A stretch of DNA of 64,000 nucleotides from NCBI RefSeq assembly GCF_963676685.1, contig NC_092347.1:72788001-72852000 (forward strand), read 5' to 3'. The DNA is from Mytilus edulis (lineage: Eukaryota). The translations under genes were made by a program, and so were the position numbers. Under the pieces are notes generated by a model. The model was not told the origin of the DNA. It searched no databases and saw nothing but the letters and a program-made list of their open reading frames with translations. Below, in pieces: positions 62,127 to 64,000 of the stretch (positions are counted from its first letter, which is position 1; each line of letters opens with the position of its first letter).

Positions 62127-63386
62127 ATGTTCACCTGTAATGAGTGTATGAGGAACTATCCCACTCTGGAGAGTCTCAAGAGGCATTTGCGCTATGCGCA
62201 CACAGATAATAGAGTGAAATGTAGATGGTGTCCCTACGACGTATCATCCAATGCCACCTACAGGATGAGGCATCATGAGAAATCCAAACACTGGTACAAG
62301 TTCAAGGATGAAAGTAAGGAAAACCAAAAGACACCCACAAAGAAAATACCATCAGTGGTAAAGAAAGTGGAAAAGAAGAAGAAGAAGAAGAAGCAGAGTT
62401 CAACTAACTCTGAGGCTACAAAATTGCCCTCAGCAGAATGCCCACCACTGAGGGAACCATCACCCATGACAGTGGAATTCGAGGAACTCATGGCCACCAA
62501 ACATACAACCCCTACAGAAGACCTACTGTTCGCGTTACCAGTTATAGCAGTCGCAGAGGTAGAGAATTCAGTAGATAACACTCCCCTTTTGAGTGTTCCG
62601 GAGCTTGTTAAATCAGTCATGCAGGATCAAGAACGAGCCAAGATAGCAACTGATAACATTAAAGAATCAGATGGTTTCGAAATTGAGAAGGGAACAGTAG
62701 TCATGGATGACCAATCAGTACCCGTCAGTGAGGACATCCAAGAGCCAGATGAAACTGTAATTAGTGAGCGACCAGGAGAAGACACAGTGACAGAGGTGAG
62801 GGAGCAATTAGTCGAAGTCACCGAGGACGGCATGGAGGTCATCCAAGAAGATATAAGGGTTGTCGAAATAGATGGGATGACGCCCACGCCCAACTACCTC
62901 CCCTCCAGAATTACTCCCACTCATCTAAAATTTGGAAAAATATATGATTATAGACACTTTGGACTGCCCGAGGAGAAGGACAATGAGGATCCCAGGCAGG
63001 TACTTCTTTGTCCTCCTTCGTCTTATCACTCTTCTAATGAGGCTGTACTATTGAAGAGACTCAGGGAACAGGCTAGGAGAAACAACCTTTCTACTACTAT
63101 TTTGCCAGATGGTTATTCTGGTTTAATCAAAACTGAGAGATGTGAGCTCCCGGATGGAACAGTATATTCACTGACCAGTCACTGGGTGCCAGACATCCCG
63201 GTCCGAAGGTACAAGACAACTGGAGTTCAGGCTTCTACTACGCCCGAAACTCGTGATGAAAATATACAGGTTACTCCAGTAACCACCTTATCGGGAACCC
63301 AAACAGAGGAGATGACAGCAATTGTAAAGAAAACATTCGAGGATAAAGAAAGCAGTTGTGACATTATTGCATGTAGATTTTACTAA
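62127..63386 (+). CDS. ORF3 (419 aa): two C2H2 zinc fingers, poly-Lys NLS, acidic disordered region, TQT-like motifs; not an envelope protein
   Basis: CNEC-x12-H-x4-H and CRWC-x14-H-x4-H; KKVEKKKKKKK; no signal peptide or TM. The acceptor TTTTATTTTCCCAG| lies directly before the ATG, and the ORF sits between pol and the PPT. Confidence 0.88.
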   Translation: MFTCNECMRNYPTLESLKRHLRYAHTDNRVKCRWCPYDVSSNATYRMRHHEKSKHWYKFKDESKENQKTPTKKIPSVVKKVEKKKKKKKQSSTNSEATKLPSAECPPLREPSPMTVEFEELMATKHTTPTEDLLFALPVIAVAEVENSVDNTPLLSVPELVKSVMQDQERAKIATDNIKESDGFEIEKGTVVMDDQSVPVSEDIQEPDETVISERPGEDTVTEVREQLVEVTEDGMEVIQEDIRVVEIDGMTPTPNYLPSRITPTHLKFGKIYDYRHFGLPEEKDNEDPRQVLLCPPSSYHSSNEAVLLKRLREQARRNNLSTTILPDGYSGLIKTERCELPDGTVYSLTSHWVPDIPVRRYKTTGVQASTTPETRDENIQVTPVTTLSGTQTEEMTAIVKKTFEDKESSCDIIACRFY

Positions 63387-63534
63387 TCGTGTTTAAAGAC
63401 ATTAGAACCGAACAATATGTGCATCGAATTCAGTTTTATACCAATAATGTGTTCATTTAGCTATTGTTTTGTTTATATGCTCAATTATTGACTATTGTTG
63501 TTAAATGCGTTCAGTTTGGGGACAAACTAAATTT

Positions 63535-63544
63535 GGTAGGGGGG
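63535..63544 (+). other. Polypurine tract
   Basis: GGTAGGGGGG, 3 nt upstream of the 3' LTR TG. Confidence 0.85.
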
Positions 63545-63547
63545 TAT

Positions 63548-64000
63548 TGTAACGGTTTCGTTATTTAAATTTATAGGTAGATTGATTTACAACCATCACA
63601 GTTCTTTTATGAACGGTGGGAGGGCTAAACAATTTTCAAGCATTTACTGGACTTATAGTCGTGAAATCACATCATTATAATGAACTGTGTCGGGAATGTC
63701 AGGATCATATTATTACTCCAACTGAACGTTTATTTTATGTGTAATGTATAAAGAGTTCTTACCTTTACGATTTATTGTTTGCATTCCGTGGTAGCATCTT
63801 AAATTATTCATGTCTATAATTTGGAGTCCCGTTATTTTTTATGTACATTGATTTTCATGTACGACGCTCTGGTATCAGATATTGTCGTCGCCATTATTGT
63901 TGACAAATTACGTCACACATTGAACCTTGGGAAAGTGCAGGTGGCATGACGTCACACAAGTGAACGTCAATTCTACTATGTTCTTATACAAAATGTGTGT
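63548..64000 (+). repeat. 3' LTR (partial, truncated by the window end)
   Basis: Matches 54959-55411 with one mismatch. Confidence 0.95.

Larger units (their letters stand above)
54959..64000 (+). mobile_element. Young, apparently intact Ty3/Gypsy LTR retrotransposon with three ORFs; the 3' LTR runs off the window
   Basis: 5' LTR 54959-56442 (TG...CA), PBS, gag, pol in PR-RT-RH-IN order, ORF3, PPT, and 3' LTR from 63548. I find only one mismatch (55289 T vs 63878 G) over the 453 bp that can be compared. Confidence 0.97.

Noticed and set aside
56511-62893. Antisense and alternative-frame ORFs within gag, pol and ORF3 (including 57902-58108)
   Set aside because: Short shadows of the coding strand with no recognisable motifs. 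The 57902 ORF is not the frame that leads into pol.
62127-63386. ORF3 as a retroviral env gene
   Set aside because: No signal peptide, furin/fusion-peptide arrangement or TM anchor; it has zinc fingers and an NLS instead.
54959-64000. Identification as a Steamer element because of the tRNA-Leu PBS
   Set aside because: Steamer has short LTRs and a single gag-pol ORF; this element has ~1.5-kb LTRs, a frameshift and a third ORF.

Overview
AT-rich, repeat-dense animal genomic DNA with spliceosomal introns. It is most likely a bivalve such as Mytilus (inferred from the HSPA12 family and repeat types, not proven). Left to right: (1) a four-exon HSPA12-like (Hsp70-12) pseudogene on the minus strand, running off the left edge, with an RTEX-type LINE fragment in one intron; (2) an intact two-coding-exon gene for a bacterial-type ParA/MinD/Soj ATPase (about 394 aa) whose start lies in an upstream exon across a 7-kb repeat-filled intron, i.e. 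a domesticated, probably horizontally acquired gene; (3) a convergent multi-exon minus-strand gene for a type I membrane receptor with four neuroglian/hemolin-like Ig domains, an EGF-like module, a TM segment and a Tyr-rich tail; (4) many MITEs, HINE-like elements, Penelope relics and palindromes; (5) a 100-N assembly gap; (6) a very young, apparently intact Ty3/Gypsy LTR retrotransposon (about 1.48-kb LTR, tRNA-Leu PBS, gag, GGGAAAC -1 frameshift, pol). In the position normally held by env it has a third ORF preceded by a splice acceptor. This ORF encodes a C2H2 zinc-finger, NLS-bearing, acidic protein with TQT-type (LC8-binding-like) motifs, and the LTR carries phased GTGTGTC repeats and CRE sites. 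The element is the best candidate for an undescribed system: a retrotransposon encoding its own transcriptional regulator. The intron-containing ParA gene is the second.
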